This document shows positions 14,847-29,533 of a DNA stretch of 64,000 bases, piece after piece. The position numbers and the translations under genes are program-made. How positions within the stretch are numbered: position 1 is the stretch's first letter; every line of letters begins with the position of its first letter. The stretch is from positions 14,693,133-14,757,132 of the forward strand of contig OZ037771.1 of the NCBI GenBank assembly GCA_964035545.1. The letters run 5' to 3'. The notes under the pieces were generated by a model. It did no database searches, was not told where the DNA came from, and saw only the letters and a list, made by a program, of their open reading frames with translations. The stretch is from Bugula neritina. Lineage: Eukaryota > Animalia > Bryozoa.

Positions 14847-17800
14847 CTAGAATTTCCTCTGGTACTTATTAGCCTCTTTGTTGGGCATCAGATGGTTAAA
14901 GGCAGCGGTGAGACGACTGCTCTGGAAGGCGGGGATATAATACCCAGGGTTCCTAGCAGGGGCAGTCTGCATCATCTCAGCCTCCTTCATTGTCGGCGCG
15001 ACGTACGGTTTATTCTCGTACTTGTGACGGGCAATCTCTCTCAGCAACATGGCTTCCTGTGTGCCTCGCTGTAACAAGGAAATGACATCTCAGGGTAAGA
15101 AACACGGCAGAATATAGAGAATTGTATTGAAAAGCAATAATTTACTAAAAAATAAAATAGAAAATTACATAAATATCAACTGAAGCATAACAAATGATTG
15201 CCATAAAAGATGGCTGCGGCGCTGTAACGCCACATGACGTACAAACACGGACCTGTTTGACGAGGTTGAAGAATATTCCTTTCTCGTTCTGGAGGAGAAG
15301 GTGTGGCGGGTCGAGTTCCTTTATCTTGCCGTTGTCCATCACCATGATTCGGTCAGCATCTATCACCGTCTTCAGCCTCCTCGCTATCGTAATCACCGTA
15401 GACTGCTCAAAGTTTCTCTTTACTATCTTTTGCAGCAAAGCAGCAGATCTGTGAACGTACACAAGTGAGCTAAGTATAACAGAGTGGCGTGACAGTGTGG
15501 TGTGACAGTGTAGTGTGACAGTGTAGTGTGACAGTATAGTATAACAGAGTGGTGTGACAGTGTAGTGTGACAGTGTAGTGTGACAGTATAGTATAACAGA
15601 GTGGTGTGACAGTGTAGTATAACAGTGTAGTGTGACAGTGTAGTGTGACAGTGTAGTGTGACAGTGTAGTGTGACAGTGTAGTGTGACAGTATAGTGTGA
15701 CAGTATAGTGTGACAGTGTAGTGTGACAGTGTAGTGTGACAGTGTAGTGTGACAGAGTGGTGTGACAGTGTAGTGTGACAGTATAGTGTGACAGTGTAGT
15801 GTGACAGTATAGTGTGACAGTGTAGTGTGACAGTATAGTGTGACAGTATGGTGTGACAGTGTAGTGTGACAGTACAGTGTAACAGTACGGTGTAACAGTG
15901 TAGTGTGACAGTATAGTGTGACATGGCAGTATAGTGTGACAGTATAGTGTGAGAGATTAATATTGTGACAGTGTAATAATATTCACAACTTGTGACAATC
16001 ACCTAAGGCTAATTTTGCCTGACGATTATTGCATGATATCATTTGTTGGTCAAATAAAAACAACGGAAAAACAATGAAAACTGATATAATGTGGGATTTT
16101 TCTACAGCTACATTTTGAAAAATCATATTTGACTACGTACTAACAAAGCTACAAGGAAGAAAATGAAATGTTTAGGAAGAGAAATCTATTACCTTGGATC
16201 TACATTGTCCATTGTCTCTTCAATTATAAGAATTTTCGGATTTGATTTGAGAAGAACCCGAGCTAAACATAGCAGTTGTTTCTGACCAACGCTGATGTGA
16301 GGTAGAAGATGGGACATGTCCGCATACAGCCTTCCCGGAAGACTTTCTACTTTATGTTTCAGGTTAACCTGTGAAAATGATGCAATAAATGAAAACTAGA
16401 CCACGTCTTCTTTGCACAAATATTAATACAACACAAGGCCGGAAGTAAACAAAGTGAAAATGGTATTTAAAAACATACGATAGAAAAGTTGACTATATAA
16501 TTTATTGAGAGGCTCCATTGACTTTGTTCATATTCTGAGTGATAACTAATATTATAGTCCGAGTTATGACTCATGCGATAGTCTGAGTCACGACTAATAC
16601 CATTATCTGTAATGACTCAGTTCACATCCATGACTCACCTCTTCAAGAATCCTCCACAGATCTGAATCAGAGGCTTTGCCTGTCACATCGAGGTTCTGCT
16701 TGAGATTCCCGCTAAACAGGGGAGAGTCTTCGGGAACCACAGCTATTTTTTCTCTGAGCTCCTAAAACATACATTATATCATTAGACTGTATTACTACTA
16801 CTACACTACTACTAGTGAATGAGTCAATCTACTATTCGGCTTCCAGATAAGTTGAGTAATTACACAATGAGCAACTTAGTAGACCAATAAGATGTCATGG
16901 CTTTGTGCCACTTTGCCTTTATGAGTAAAAAATAACCCGATTCCTGTATGTTCGCAAAAGATTTTGATTGACTTTATGCAACTCTCGAACAGAAAAGTGA
17001 GCTTTCAATTGTGCGAATGACAAAACTTATAACAGAGGCTAGACTGTTGATAACTTACTTTCAAACTAAGGGTGCCGGTATCTACACCATCAATCCGAAT
17101 TACACCCTGAGGCTCAAATAGTCTGAGAATTGCAGCCACAATAGAGTGTTTGCCTGCCCCTGTTCTACCTACAACTCCGACCTGCAAAGACAATATGATT
17201 TTAAACTATATATTCTATAGAGCAGTAACAAGAGAATATTGTGTATTATATATTTGACAGGGCAGAATTGAGAGTATACTGTGGTCATGTGATCAGTCAC
17301 CTTTTCAAAAGCCCTGAAGCAGCAGTAGACACTCCTCAGCGCCTTGACACCAGTGTCTGGGTAGGTGAGAGAGACGCTCTCGAAGGTTATGATGCCGTAG
17401 GTAGGCCAGTTGGTGGGCACATCAACAGAGGCTACTGTACCTCCGGGATACGTCTCAGACTTGAGCTGGTTGTAGCTTAGAATCTACAAGAATCAGATAT
17501 AACTATGGAGACGGTGACACACCGCATCAAACCTTTAGGGCATCAAATTGAACAGGGGCAGAGTGTTTTATGCTTATTGTACAAGATCAACTACATTCAC
17601 TCTACTATACTAGCTACACTTACTGTACACTAGTAACTACACTTCCTGTACACTAGTAACTACACTTACTGTATACTAGTAATTACACTCATTGTACAAA
17701 ACCGATTACACTAACATGTAAATATAGCAACTTACAGTAGAGATAGAAGTAACTTACTCTCTGAACAGCACTCATCTGGTAGTCAACCTCTACGGAGTTC

Positions 17801-20800
17801 CTCACCGTCGTCTGGAAGGTCCACAAGAGGTTCACTGCGTACACCAGAGACAGACAAAGACACACCTTCTCTATCTCCCCTCGCTCTGCACAAATAAAAC
17901 CAAAAAACTACAGTTACTGCACTTTGTCAATGATGTAATCAAAGGAAATCCAACTTCCTTTTTATCACACGGTGAGTAGCAACCTGTGGATGAATGGCAT
18001 CATTAACCGTTCAGTTCAAATTTAGCAATTAATGTGACATCGGATGAAAGCAACATAAGATTTGTGTAAATTAAATTTTATGTTTTCAATATTTTCAAAA
18101 AATCAGGCATGGATAAATAAATCTTGAAAAAGAAATCTACAGTGGGCATTCTGTACTTCTTTCTTATAAAACAATGAACTTTGTCAGTTTGATAAAAACA
18201 AATCAAATTCAAAATGAAGAGTCAGACTCTAACTAGAGACATACAACTTAAAGATTGAAAATTCAAACTGAGAATTAAAACTCAATCTGAGAACAGAAAG
18301 TTAAACTGATATTTAAAAATAAAACTGAGTGATTTACCAGTGACTGGATTCTCAGCGACTATGACTGAGAGGAGAGCGAGACCGCAGACGTAGAGCATGC
18401 AGAATATGTCTAGTATAATGGCAAACCAGCGGTTGGTAGCTATGTAGGTGTAGCAAGCCGCCGTGTGCTTGTCTTGCAGCACGTCAAAGTTGTGAAGGAA
18501 TCTGTCCTCAGACCTCAGAGCGCGGATAGTCCACAAACCCTCCAGTGTGGTGGAAAGGTGATTAAACACAGGAAACCGGGCTACAAGATTTAACAGTGAC
18601 TTTTTAAAGTTCAAATTAAGGAATTGTAGACTTGAAAAGAAAATACAAACATTAGGCTATACAAAAGATATATTTTTAGATCAACAACACAAATAAAAAC
18701 AATTGAACATTTACTTCTAATTTTAAATAAGTATATTACACTCTTACATTTCCCTTCTATAGTTTTAATATCTCTGGCAGACTGACAGTAATAGTATCTG
18801 GTGAACACAAATATCCCAGTTAAAGGCAACAGTAGTAGTCCAATCCAAAAGTTACCTGCACAGCCAATAACCAGGGCCGACAGTATAGTTCCAAATGTCT
18901 ACAGCAAACATAAATCAATTACTAAAAAACGTACATATTAAAATAATGAATAACGCCAGCTTTTCAATGCAAATAAAGTCATAAGACAAGAGTACAATCT
19001 AACACATATATTTTAATGATAACATGCTTGTTGGATTCATCATTTGTACCAATCTCTGATAAATTTGACTAATGATTCTACCACTCGATCAATTCGATCA
19101 CAGTACCAGAATTGCCTTGCAGCCATGCCACCCATATATCCGTACTTCCAAATGTTGATAGAAAGAAAACTTGATAAGTGGGCCAGGTACAACTGCTTCG
19201 TCTTAAGCAGATATAAAATTTAAATATTAAAAAACAAACACTTTAGTCTGGCACTCACCATAATCATATCAAACATGGTGGCAGGAAGTAGGTCATCCGT
19301 CTGCACAATGTCTTGAGAAAATCTCTTGAGTAAATCGCTGGTTGGTTCTGTTTGTAGGTCGGAGAGAGTAGCTCTAATGACGGTCTGCAGGTAAAACAGG
19401 AAACAGGATATGAGCAAAAGACTTTAGTTGGCAAATGGCAACTGGCAAATAGCAACTAAAAACTGGTAATTGGCAAATAGCAACTTGCAACTGGCAAACA
19501 GCAACTAACAAATAGCAAACAGCAACTAGCAACTGGCAAATAGCAACTGGCAAATAGCAACTGGCAACCATCCACTAGCAACTGGCAACCATCCACTAGC
19601 AACTGGCAACCATCCACTAGCAACTGACAACAATGTAGAGCATCTCCATAAACTGAGAAGTTGAAGAATACTGATACAACTAAAAATATGCAGCATTACA
19701 TAATACTGAGTATAATAGTAATAACACAATAACAGTAACTAAGTATACATACCTTAAATAATCTAGAGTGAAGACTTTTACTAGCGACTATCATAGACTG
19801 AAAGAAAGTGGCGCCAGTCAACATTGAGAACAAGATGCAGCTTAGACTAACTCCCAAGTAAATATAGAAATAAGAGTTTGAAGGGGTGTCTGTATTTCTC
19901 CATACATCTGACCTATAACAAGAAAGACAGCTAAATCAAATATAGAGAGAAGAGTTATTCTAAAATCAGCCAATTATATGGATGATGACACTCAGTTGGC
20001 CAATCAGAAACTCACCAGTAGACAACCAGCCAATCACTGATGACGTAAGTTCCCAGTGTGATCAGCCATAATACAGCAATGGCAAAGACAATGCCAGCAC
20101 CTCCTGCCAGGTTTATATAGTCTTTGTACGCAGACCAGGGAGTACCGGGGTTACTGCGTCGACCACCCGCCCTCTCTGATAACAGCAGACTATGTAGAGA
20201 CTTAGCCTAGAAAATGATCAACATTGAAATTTTAGAAAGATAAAAACAGGTCAGTTAACGTATCAAATTGATATACAATACAAATTATTTCCCGGTAAAT
20301 TGTAAATATTACTTACAGCAACTATATAATATTTGTATCTTTTTACATTCAATTTATTACACTGCATGACTTCGTAAGAGTACAGAGGTTGCCTGCCCAG
20401 TACAGTAGTGAAGTTGCCAACTCAGTGAAGTATAGGAATTGCCTACCCAGTGAAGTATAGGAATTGCCTACCTCCGTGCCATCCATGTTGACGCTGACTA
20501 GGCTAGTAGTGAGACTCTCGATGGAGAGCTGCTGGCTGCCGCATGCCCGCCTTTTCGTCTTACTTAGCCCGGGTGTTGAGGCTAGACTGGCCTCTATAGT
20601 CGGGGCTCTCTCTACCTCGTACTCGGACAGCATGGCTGAGAAGTTGACACCTGAGGCTAGCAGGTCCTCATATGCTCCTTGAGCTGTTATATTTCCCTGA
20701 AATAGTGACACGTTTAAGCAGGTGGTTGAAGTTTGGAACATGACACTTTTATAAAGTTAGACAGACTTACTAAAAGAATATTAAAAACTCAAGAAGTCTT

Positions 20801-23800
20801 CAGATTTAGAGGTAAATATTATTTTAATTATTTCATAAGCAGACATCAACTTTGGCTATTATATAATTAATATTCTATAACACAGCTCTTTAGAATTGCA
20901 TCTAAGAATGTTATAACAAAAATCTATTTGGCTTCAAAAACAAGGATCGTTAGAATAGAAGATGAAAGTTCCGCGTACAAGTCAAGTTCAATCCCCCCTT
21001 ATAGCCACTACTTTTTTAACAACTTTTTGATACATTTTACACATTTACTAAGCAATGCTAATTAGTAAACTAGTAAACTCTCTATCTAGAACATTCTATG
21101 CACATGCGAGACCACCTTCTCAGACTATCTATACTCACATCCTGCATCACCAACACCTGATCAGCGACCTTGACATAAGGTAGTTGTTGCGTTACCAAGA
21201 CAACAGTGGAGTCCTTGAGATGACCACAGATACATTTGTTGAATATTGTACGACCGACGTAGGAGTCTACACAACCTGTGGATTAGACAGTTATACAAAT
21301 ATGATCATAGAATTACACATAGTATACTATATATATAGCATAATATATATAATTATATACTATATACAGTATATTATATATAATATAATATACTGTATAT
21401 ATATATTATTTATCATACATGTAAATATATATATATATATATATATATTATACTATATATAATATAATATATAATATGCTATATGTAATATAATATACAT
21501 TGCATATTACATTGCATAAATAATATAATAAAATATATTATATTAAATATAAAATATATTATATATATTATGTTATATGTAATATACTATATATTATATT
21601 ACAGATATATTATACTATATTACATATATAATATAATATAATATACAAATGGCGGAGTAGAAGAAATGACTCACCAAAAGGGTCGTCCAGCAAATACATG
21701 TCTGCCTGACGGTACACTGTCCTGGCTAAACTAATCTTGACTTTCTGTCCAAAGAGCAGCTCATATCCGTGCTCACCAATGACGGTCATGTCACTGTGTG
21801 GTAACATCTCAATATCCTGTCAACAGCGTTGTAGCAGTACAGACGTGATATTATGAGTGTACATATCAGCACAATTCTTATTACCTACTTGTATCAACAT
21901 AAAATACAAACTAGAATAACATGAAAGGAAATGGTGGCATATTTTGTAAGCATGAAAATATAACTAAAAAGAATTTTGCAACCTTTCAATTATATCAAAA
22001 CACTTTGATTTTTTCCAACATAGACCATTTTCAGAAGTCCCTCAATTAGCATTTATATTTTAGAGTTGTCTCCTCCCACCAGGTACATGGGGAACCTCCA
22101 TGGTGGAGAGAAAGAATATAAAATCAGTAGAAATTTAAGGTTTTTGTAAAATTTTCAACTATTATCTCATTGGAAATTTTGAGAACAAAGTAAGAATTTC
22201 TGCACCAACAAATATATTTAATAACACCACAGGGTGTGCCTTGCATTATAAAAAGTTAGTTGAAATGATTAGTTAGAAGAATGTTACTCTCCTTAAACTG
22301 TAGAGTATTTGTGCAGAATAAGATGTTGGCTAAGACTAGTAAATTTAAAGCATGCAATAATATAAAATAATTGAAGAGGTAGAAGATAAAGAGTAAAGGG
22401 CAAAAACAGAGGATAGAGGGCAATAACAGAGGGTAGGGGATTTAGGGGCAAAGAAGATGGGACCTTGTTAGCATCACGACCATTAACGGAGCAGAAGGTT
22501 GAGGGTAGGAGTAGAGGGCAGGTGCAGGGGACCAAGGATAAAGGGTAAGGGGGCATAATAGGAGGGTAGTAGTAGAGGAGGATAGAAGATAGAGGGTAGG
22601 GGGCTGAAGATGACGTACCTTGTTGAGATCACACGCCTTCACCACCTTATTGTATCTGACGCGCTCGTAGTCCTGCCCAAACAGGATGTTGTCTCTAACA
22701 CTGGCGGTGAAGATCCAAGGAGCCTGCGACGCGTAACTCATCTTTCCTTTTAGTCTGAGGAACCCTCTTAGCCTTGGTATCTCACCGAGCATAGCCATGA
22801 GTAGCGGTGTCTATAAAATTACTAGTTCTGAGTCTAACGCTGATCATTCTACTGCCCCTTATACAATGCGTTTGACTTGTTTAAATTCGAAGATATCCAG
22901 CCTAGTAGTGATTACAGCTAGGATAGTTATGCAAAAATGTTAATAAACTTATATAGCCTGCTGAAACAACATTAGACTAACCTTGCCCGAGCCCGGTGGT
23001 CCGACAATGACGATTAGGTGTCCCCGGTTTATGGTGAAGTTTAGAGTCTGCAGGGAGGCGGCGTAGCTGATCTTGTCGCCAGATGCGGGCGGAAACGCCG
23101 AGAAGTTCTCAAAGGATACCATGACGTCGTCTGGTAGTTTAATGCCACAGGAAGAATACACGTCATGTGACTTCTCTTCCAGTAACAGGAAATCCTGGAG
23201 TTATGAAGAGAATAATTAGAATCCAAATAAAGTACAAATATATTTAGTTCCTAATAGCTAGTTTGTGCAGTATGATAAAAGAAGCTAAAAAACGATGTTT
23301 TTGTTGAAAGGCTAGAAACAAATGAGCTATCAGCATGAAAAATAATTCACTAAAGAAAGCTTCAACCAAATTGCAGTTGTGTTGGTTTAACACTTGAATA
23401 TTATATAATCAAGCACTAAACTTTTAATAGAAACAGCTGAACCATATAAGAAGAGGCCTACCTGGATTTTCTTGATAGTATTCAAAGCTTGTGATCCATA
23501 AAATATACCCAGTGGGATCATCAAAACTATGCTCACTTTGATAACATCAAAAAGAGCCAGGACTATGCAAATCTGAAAAGATAACAAAACAATCACGTAA
23601 ATATTGTACAATTCTTAGTATTGTCACAACCAATTCAAGAAGTCGTACTGTAAAGTGATTATTTTAAATAATCCCAAGAGAACTTAATACAACAACAGTT
23701 GAAAGTTAGATTGCATGACTCATACTAAAACTAGTAAGTTATGTATGATTTTAAAAGCATTTATTTTAATGACGGTAATTCAATGAAACTATTCATTATT

Positions 23801-26800
23801 CATTTCACTTTATACTAAAACTAATCACTTTCTACACTTTATCCTAAATCAAATAGAGTCTTTATAGAATGTAATTTAATAAGCTTGATACTCTGAAACT
23901 TCACAAACAAATTCAAATAAAATGACAGTTTTCATAACTAACTTGAAGATAGTTGAAAACTGACTCTTTATGAGAAAGGGGGCATGTCTTATGAGAAAGG
24001 GGGCATGTCTTATGAGAAGGGGGCAGGTCTTATGATAAGGGGGCAGGTCGTACGGGGAAAAAGGGCAGGTAATAAGGGAAGGGGGAAGGCCTTACCTTTT
24101 TAACATCCAGGTTAACGTCGGTGATATGGAGGGCAGTCACCAGGGCCAGGAGCACCAACTTGTTGTAGGAGAAGAAGTAGGAAAGCTGGAAGGCTCTGCC
24201 AAACGCCATCAGTCGCACTTTCTTCATCTCGTGCCTAGAAACCAACCAGAGCGTCTTATGATTACGCTATAGCTATGGTAGACAATGCACGTCTTGTTGC
24301 TACGAGAGACAATGCACGTCTTGTTGCTACGGGAGACAATGCACGTCTTGTTGCTACGGGAGACAATGCACGTCTTGTTGCTGTAGGAGACGATGTATGC
24401 CATGTTGTAATGGAGTTACAACATACACTTACTAAAAAACTCGGTTAAATATCAGACATAAAAAACCAGTAGATAAACAGATAGAACGAACAAGAAAAGG
24501 ACAGCAATACACAGCAGAATTATTTTAAATAAACATGTAAGACGGACAACTCCCCCCCCCCCCTTATTTACAAGACGCAACTGTAACACTTTTCAAATAC
24601 AAAAGTCTGTTCCAAGTAATTGAAAGATTACGTCAGACGTCACTGAACGTCTGCAACTGTTAGCCTTAGATCTCAGTACTTACATTCTTAGCCTGTGAAC
24701 CTGTCTGCAGAACGTACTCTCCCAACAGTAGATTTTTATACTCCTCACAGCCCTGAGTATTTCGTTAATTATTTTCACTCGTGTGTTTGTCGCCAACGAT
24801 GTCTTCAGCCTGAAATATATGAAGTAACAACATATAGGGAAGATAAAAATACTTCTATTTTCCAAAAGAAAAAAGATTACTCTCAACTACATGTGTACAC
24901 CTCTCTGTACAATATATGATAAGTGAATATAACATGAAACTCATAGACTGGTGAGAGCACAACTCTAAAACCTTTATAATGTATAACAGCCCAATGACAA
25001 AAGAGAGTTTGTAATGTCAAATTTGCTAACATAGAATTCACAGTATACAATAATATGCTATGCACAATACTAAAATGCAATAGTTGTAAATAATTTATTT
25101 TACTTAAGTATTTAATGAAATGTAGATTTAAATTATGAATAACTTCTAACAGTCAGTATATTGCATGTATACTCTATGCACACATAATATTATATACATA
25201 CACAGTGTAATATATTATACATGCGGTATACTGTACTATATTGCATACAATACCTCAGTAGATTATGCTGTATACCTGAGGACTGAGAACACTTTAGTCA
25301 TTACAGCCTGTAACGGCAGCACTAACACAGCGATGACAAGAATGCCGGCGAGAAAGGTCACGCTGTCCAGAGTGTAGTACAGGTAGACGCAAACTGCTGA
25401 CAGCGACAGCGGGCCTAACCAGACGTAGTGGACGGCAAAGAGACTTTGGTCGAGTTTCTGCGAGTCCTGAGCCATCAACTTGATGATGTTCTCAGGGGAA
25501 GTGTTCTGTATAGAGTGGCTGGAGAGGTGTAGAGCCTGGAACACAGGAGTCACATTGGTATTGTCTGGTCACACTCACTAGAGCTGGTATTATCTAGTCA
25601 CACTCACTAGAGCTGGTATTATCTGGTCACACTACTAGAGCTGGTAATATAATATAGTCACACTCACTAGAACTCGTATTATCTAGTCACAATCACTCTG
25701 ACATATAGAGCGACTCTACAATGTCTTAATACACACGTAGATGAAGAGAAATGCAATGGCAGAGTGAAAGAAAACTTGCTAAGCATTTCTATTATTGTAT
25801 GGTAACATCTGTAAACAAGATGGCATGACTAAGGTGACATGTTCCTATACATCTATCATTTCACCTCTCTATATTCAACAGCTAACCTTTCTACATTCAA
25901 CAACTATCCCTTCTATATTCAACAACTAACATTTCTACATCTACCAACGTACCTTTCTACATCTACCAACGTACCTTTCTACATCTACCAACGTACCTTT
26001 CTATACATGAGGGACGTACAGCTAACCCTCATCCTCATCCCCAGCACGTAGTTGGTATGGAAAGTGGGATGGGCCAGCAGAGTTATGCAGACGTAGCAGA
26101 CGCCCAGAGCGGCTGCGTATATATATGCTACTGTTGAGTTAGCTGATTGGCCGATGAAGTAGCCAATTAGCTCGCCAATCAGGAAGACTTGAACAAACCG
26201 AAGCCCCTCCTATAGATAGAGTTGTATATGCAGATGACTCATACATTAGGCCTTTTAAAACATTATGTCAAGGTTAAATCAACGTAATAGCATCTATAAG
26301 GCATTCTCTAGTAGTAAACCAAGAGGCCGAAGTTACCAATCAGATTCAGCGACACAATTTTAAAAGCCGCAAAACTCTAGAATGTTCCGCCTGTGAATAA
26401 TACATGATTACACTAACCTGCAGTAAGAGCAACAGGCCCATAGCTGTGACACTGACACCAAAGCACCGGGCCAAAGCTTTCCACAGAAGAGGTTTTCCCC
26501 CAGTCCGCCATTTGTAAAGCTCTTTATCCCATTCCCTGCCAGCCAATCAGAAGTCAACGATATAACAATTTTTTATTGAAAAATATTGCATAACTTAATA
26601 AAGAATATAGACTATGTATGAACTACACCATACTAACTTTCAGACAAGCAAATTATAACATATACAAGAGTAGAAACATGGAAACTTTGAACTATTCATC
26701 TGACACATGGAAACCTTTCAATAAAGTAAACTGTTAGAGTTGGCAAGTGGCAAATCTATGTACTGTAAATATGCTAGAGAAATAATTTACAGTCTGCAAG

Positions 26801-29533
26801 ACCATTTCACATACTTTCCGAGATTCGTAGAGAGTTTTATAGAAGAATCTTCAGGCAGAACATCCAGGATGTCTAAATCTTCAATACCGTTGTGATATCC
26901 ATGTCGAAACAGGCCAGCCACCCACCTGGAAATATTACCTGACAGTGATGAGTCATGTATAATAGTGTAGGTGTCAGTATAGTAGTGTAGGTGTCAGTAT
27001 AGTAGTGTAGGTGTCAGTATAGTAGTGTAGGTGTCAGTATAGTAGTGTAGGTGTCAGTATAGTAGTGTAGGTGTCAGTATATTAGTGTAGGTGTCAGTAT
27101 AGTAGTGTAGGTGTCAGTATAGTAGTGTAGGTGTCAGTATAGTAGTGTAGGTGTCAGTATAGTAGTGTAGGTGTCAGTATAGTAGTGTAGGTGTCAGTAT
27201 AGTAGTGTAGGTGTCAGTATAGTAGTGTAGGTGTCAGTATAGTAGTGTAGGTGTCAGTATAGTAGTGGAGGTGTCAGTCTAGTAGTGTAGGTGTCAGTAT
27301 AATATTAGCAAAGTAGCACACAGCAGGGATCTCAATGTGTGATACATAATTGATTTATTCCAAGAGGGAGTAGAAAGAAGTAAACAAGTTGAAAGTCGGC
27401 AGTAAAGTGAAAATTGAAAGAAATTAAGTGAATGCTAATATTTTAATGTTTGAAAGAATTACTATTCCTATTTGACTTTGCATGAGACCAAAATAATATA
27501 CAATATATTCAGCATAAGGCTTGAACTGATCTCTCATATTACTTTCCTATAAGAATAGTTCAAACTTTCCATTATTTTGTAAGAAAACAAGCGAATACAA
27601 ATTATTAATGCTAATCCATTGGCCTCACAAATACAACAGAGTATAAGTGATACCTTTTAAACAAGAAATCAATAAGTATTTAGCATTGAGAGTGTTATTA
27701 GTAATAACATCGGAGCAGCTGTATTCACTAGTTATTAGACACAGAGTCAACAAATACTGTGTTCACGGTAGTTGCTTTAAGCACTCTTGAAAAGTAAATT
27801 AAGTGTTTCTGTCAACAATTAAGATTTAATACTAAGCAAACCATAACACTAAGCAAAAGCTTTACATTAACATAAATTGAAAATAAAATCAAATTCAAAG
27901 TGATAAACCGACTAACTTTGAAATTATGCTGATGGTGTATGTGTTCCAGGTGAAAAGTTTTTTAATGATTAGAATCCTAAATTTTGTTATTAATATTTAT
28001 GAAAAAGATTGTTTAACTATTTTAGATACTAGTATAAATTAGTAATAAGCAAATAATATACTTTTCCCTAAAGAAAGGTATTCACCATGCAGTTTCCAAT
28101 GAAATAATTTAACACAACTTGGTGTAGAACATAAACAAGCAAAAACATAAATAAATAAATATTATATTTATAATATTTACTGCTTTAACTACATTATTGT
28201 CTTAGTAACTAAAATCTTGTTATACTCAAGTATTATATAAATTGGGATTAAGGTATATGAATAAAATAGCAAGTTTCCGGCGAAATAAAACTCAGCTGTC
28301 TTGTTGCTTCACTCCCTGCTGTTCCAACAACTTAGCTTAAGGACATAAAGAAAAGAGGTTTCCCTCCTTACCACCCGTAACTACCCACCTGCATCTACCC
28401 ACCCAGCCTTTGTGGCTATTTACCCATAGCGTTAATGGGAGGTAAGTTGAACTCTCCCTAAGTAAAGGACATGACTTTGTCACTCTAACTCTAATATGCT
28501 GCCAAAAAGGCAGCATTGTTCAAATGATACCCTTCCCCAAAACAGCTAAACTATTGTAGAACTATTTCCATTTACAGTACATTAAACAACAGAAATTTAA
28601 TACTAAAATATCAAATTAATAACAAATAAAACATCTGAAGGGTTAGTCACTAGTTATCAGTGTGATGAGTTTAATTTCTTTTACCAAAGAGACAATGTTG
28701 TTGAAACAACATAGTTATTTAAAGTTTAAGTTAAGTTTAAAGTTAAAGAAAAAAATGCACAGAAACAAATGGTTGTGTAAAATCTTCTCTGATTTTACTT
28801 TATTGCCTGCTGCACCTACCTTAAAAATCTCCCAGCACAAAGAGCTGGCATCACACAAATGTGTTGTATTCCTATTTGCTATTCAATGAGCGCCATTGCA
28901 TTGCATTAGCTACATTTATAACATTAGATGAAAGCAAGCCACAGTAATGCAAGCCATTCCCAAACTTGCTTGATAGATGCTGTATTAGTGACTGCGTGGT
29001 ATTGTAACAGTATCTAATATTCATTATGATAGGTGTTTACTATACACAACTTCTTTTGTTTAGTTACAATATGGCTTGTGTTTATTAATAATTACTTTAT
29101 AAAGTAGCTTAACAAATTCAGATGTAGATAATGTTCAAAGACCAGCCAATCACGCGCTGCGTGACGTAAAGAAAAGAAAGTAGTTTTAAAAAGCATGCTA
29201 ATGTGATAATTAATTTTTTAAATGCCTAATTTTATAAAACTGTTCATTTTGTTTTGAGCTCAACATCCACACATGAGTTGCAGAAAACTAACTTTGTGAA
29301 ATAACTTCTACTGAGCAAAATTGTAGGCCTACTTTTACTTGCATAGGCACAGTATCTCTAAGGCTATAGGTGGTAAGTGGTAAGAGTGGTAGTAACTTGT
29401 AGTGATAGCAGTAGTAGTAATCAGTAGCAGCAGCAGTCATATTGCCAATATTAACATACCAAAGGAAAAATCGTGAAACTCTGCTGTTGGTGTTGTTAGG
29501 GTGGGGTATTGAAGATCTCCGGGAATCCATCAT
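14847..29533 (-). CDS. ABCC4/MRP4-like short-form ABC protein (no TMD0), ~1360 aa, 25 exons, degenerate ATPase motifs
   Basis: Exons 29533-29460, 26925-26815, 26535-26418, 26209-25997, 25535-25276, 24809-24684, 24234-24096, 23572-23462, 23194-22982, 22810-22619, 21816-21675, 21275-21139, 20696-20472, 20206-20016, 19912-19753, 19384-19259, 18898-18748, 18580-18338, 17885-17758, 17483-17301, 17181-17059, 16761-16639, 16368-16193, 15448-15253, 15068-14847. Total 4083 nt, open frame, all GT-AG. Lasso motif [16 protein letters not shown]; [18 protein letters not shown]; [18 protein letters not shown]; [16 protein letters not shown]; WPTYGIITF; [11 protein letters not shown]. Confidence 0.92.
15474..15975. 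repeat. 13-bp minisatellite in ABCC intron 23
   Basis: Unit GTGTGACAGTGTA, dozens of copies. Confidence 0.95.
19425..19630. repeat. 14/21-bp minisatellite in ABCC intron 15
   Basis: Units GCAACTGGCAAATA and GCAACTGGCAACCATCCACTA. Confidence 0.9.
24281..24395. repeat. 27-bp minisatellite in ABCC intron 6
   Basis: Unit GACAATGCACGTCTTGTTGCTACGGGA, ~4 copies. Confidence 0.9.
25556..25695. repeat. ~29-bp minisatellite in ABCC intron 4
   Basis: Unit GGTATTATCTGGTCACACTCACTAGAGCT, ~5 copies. Confidence 0.85.
26961..27300. repeat. 20-bp minisatellite in ABCC intron 1
   Basis: Unit AGTAGTGTAGGTGTCAGTAT, 17 near-identical copies. Confidence 0.95.

Noticed and set aside
15449-16002. His/Thr-rich N-terminal part of the 285-aa ORF
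   Set aside because: 13-bp repeat in ABCC intron 23; only 15448-15253 is coding.
14847-29533. Calling the ABCC a pseudogene, CFTR or SUR
   Set aside because: All 25 exons are in frame with canonical splice sites; the NBD1-TMD2 linker is too short for a CFTR R domain, and there is no TMD0 as in SUR.
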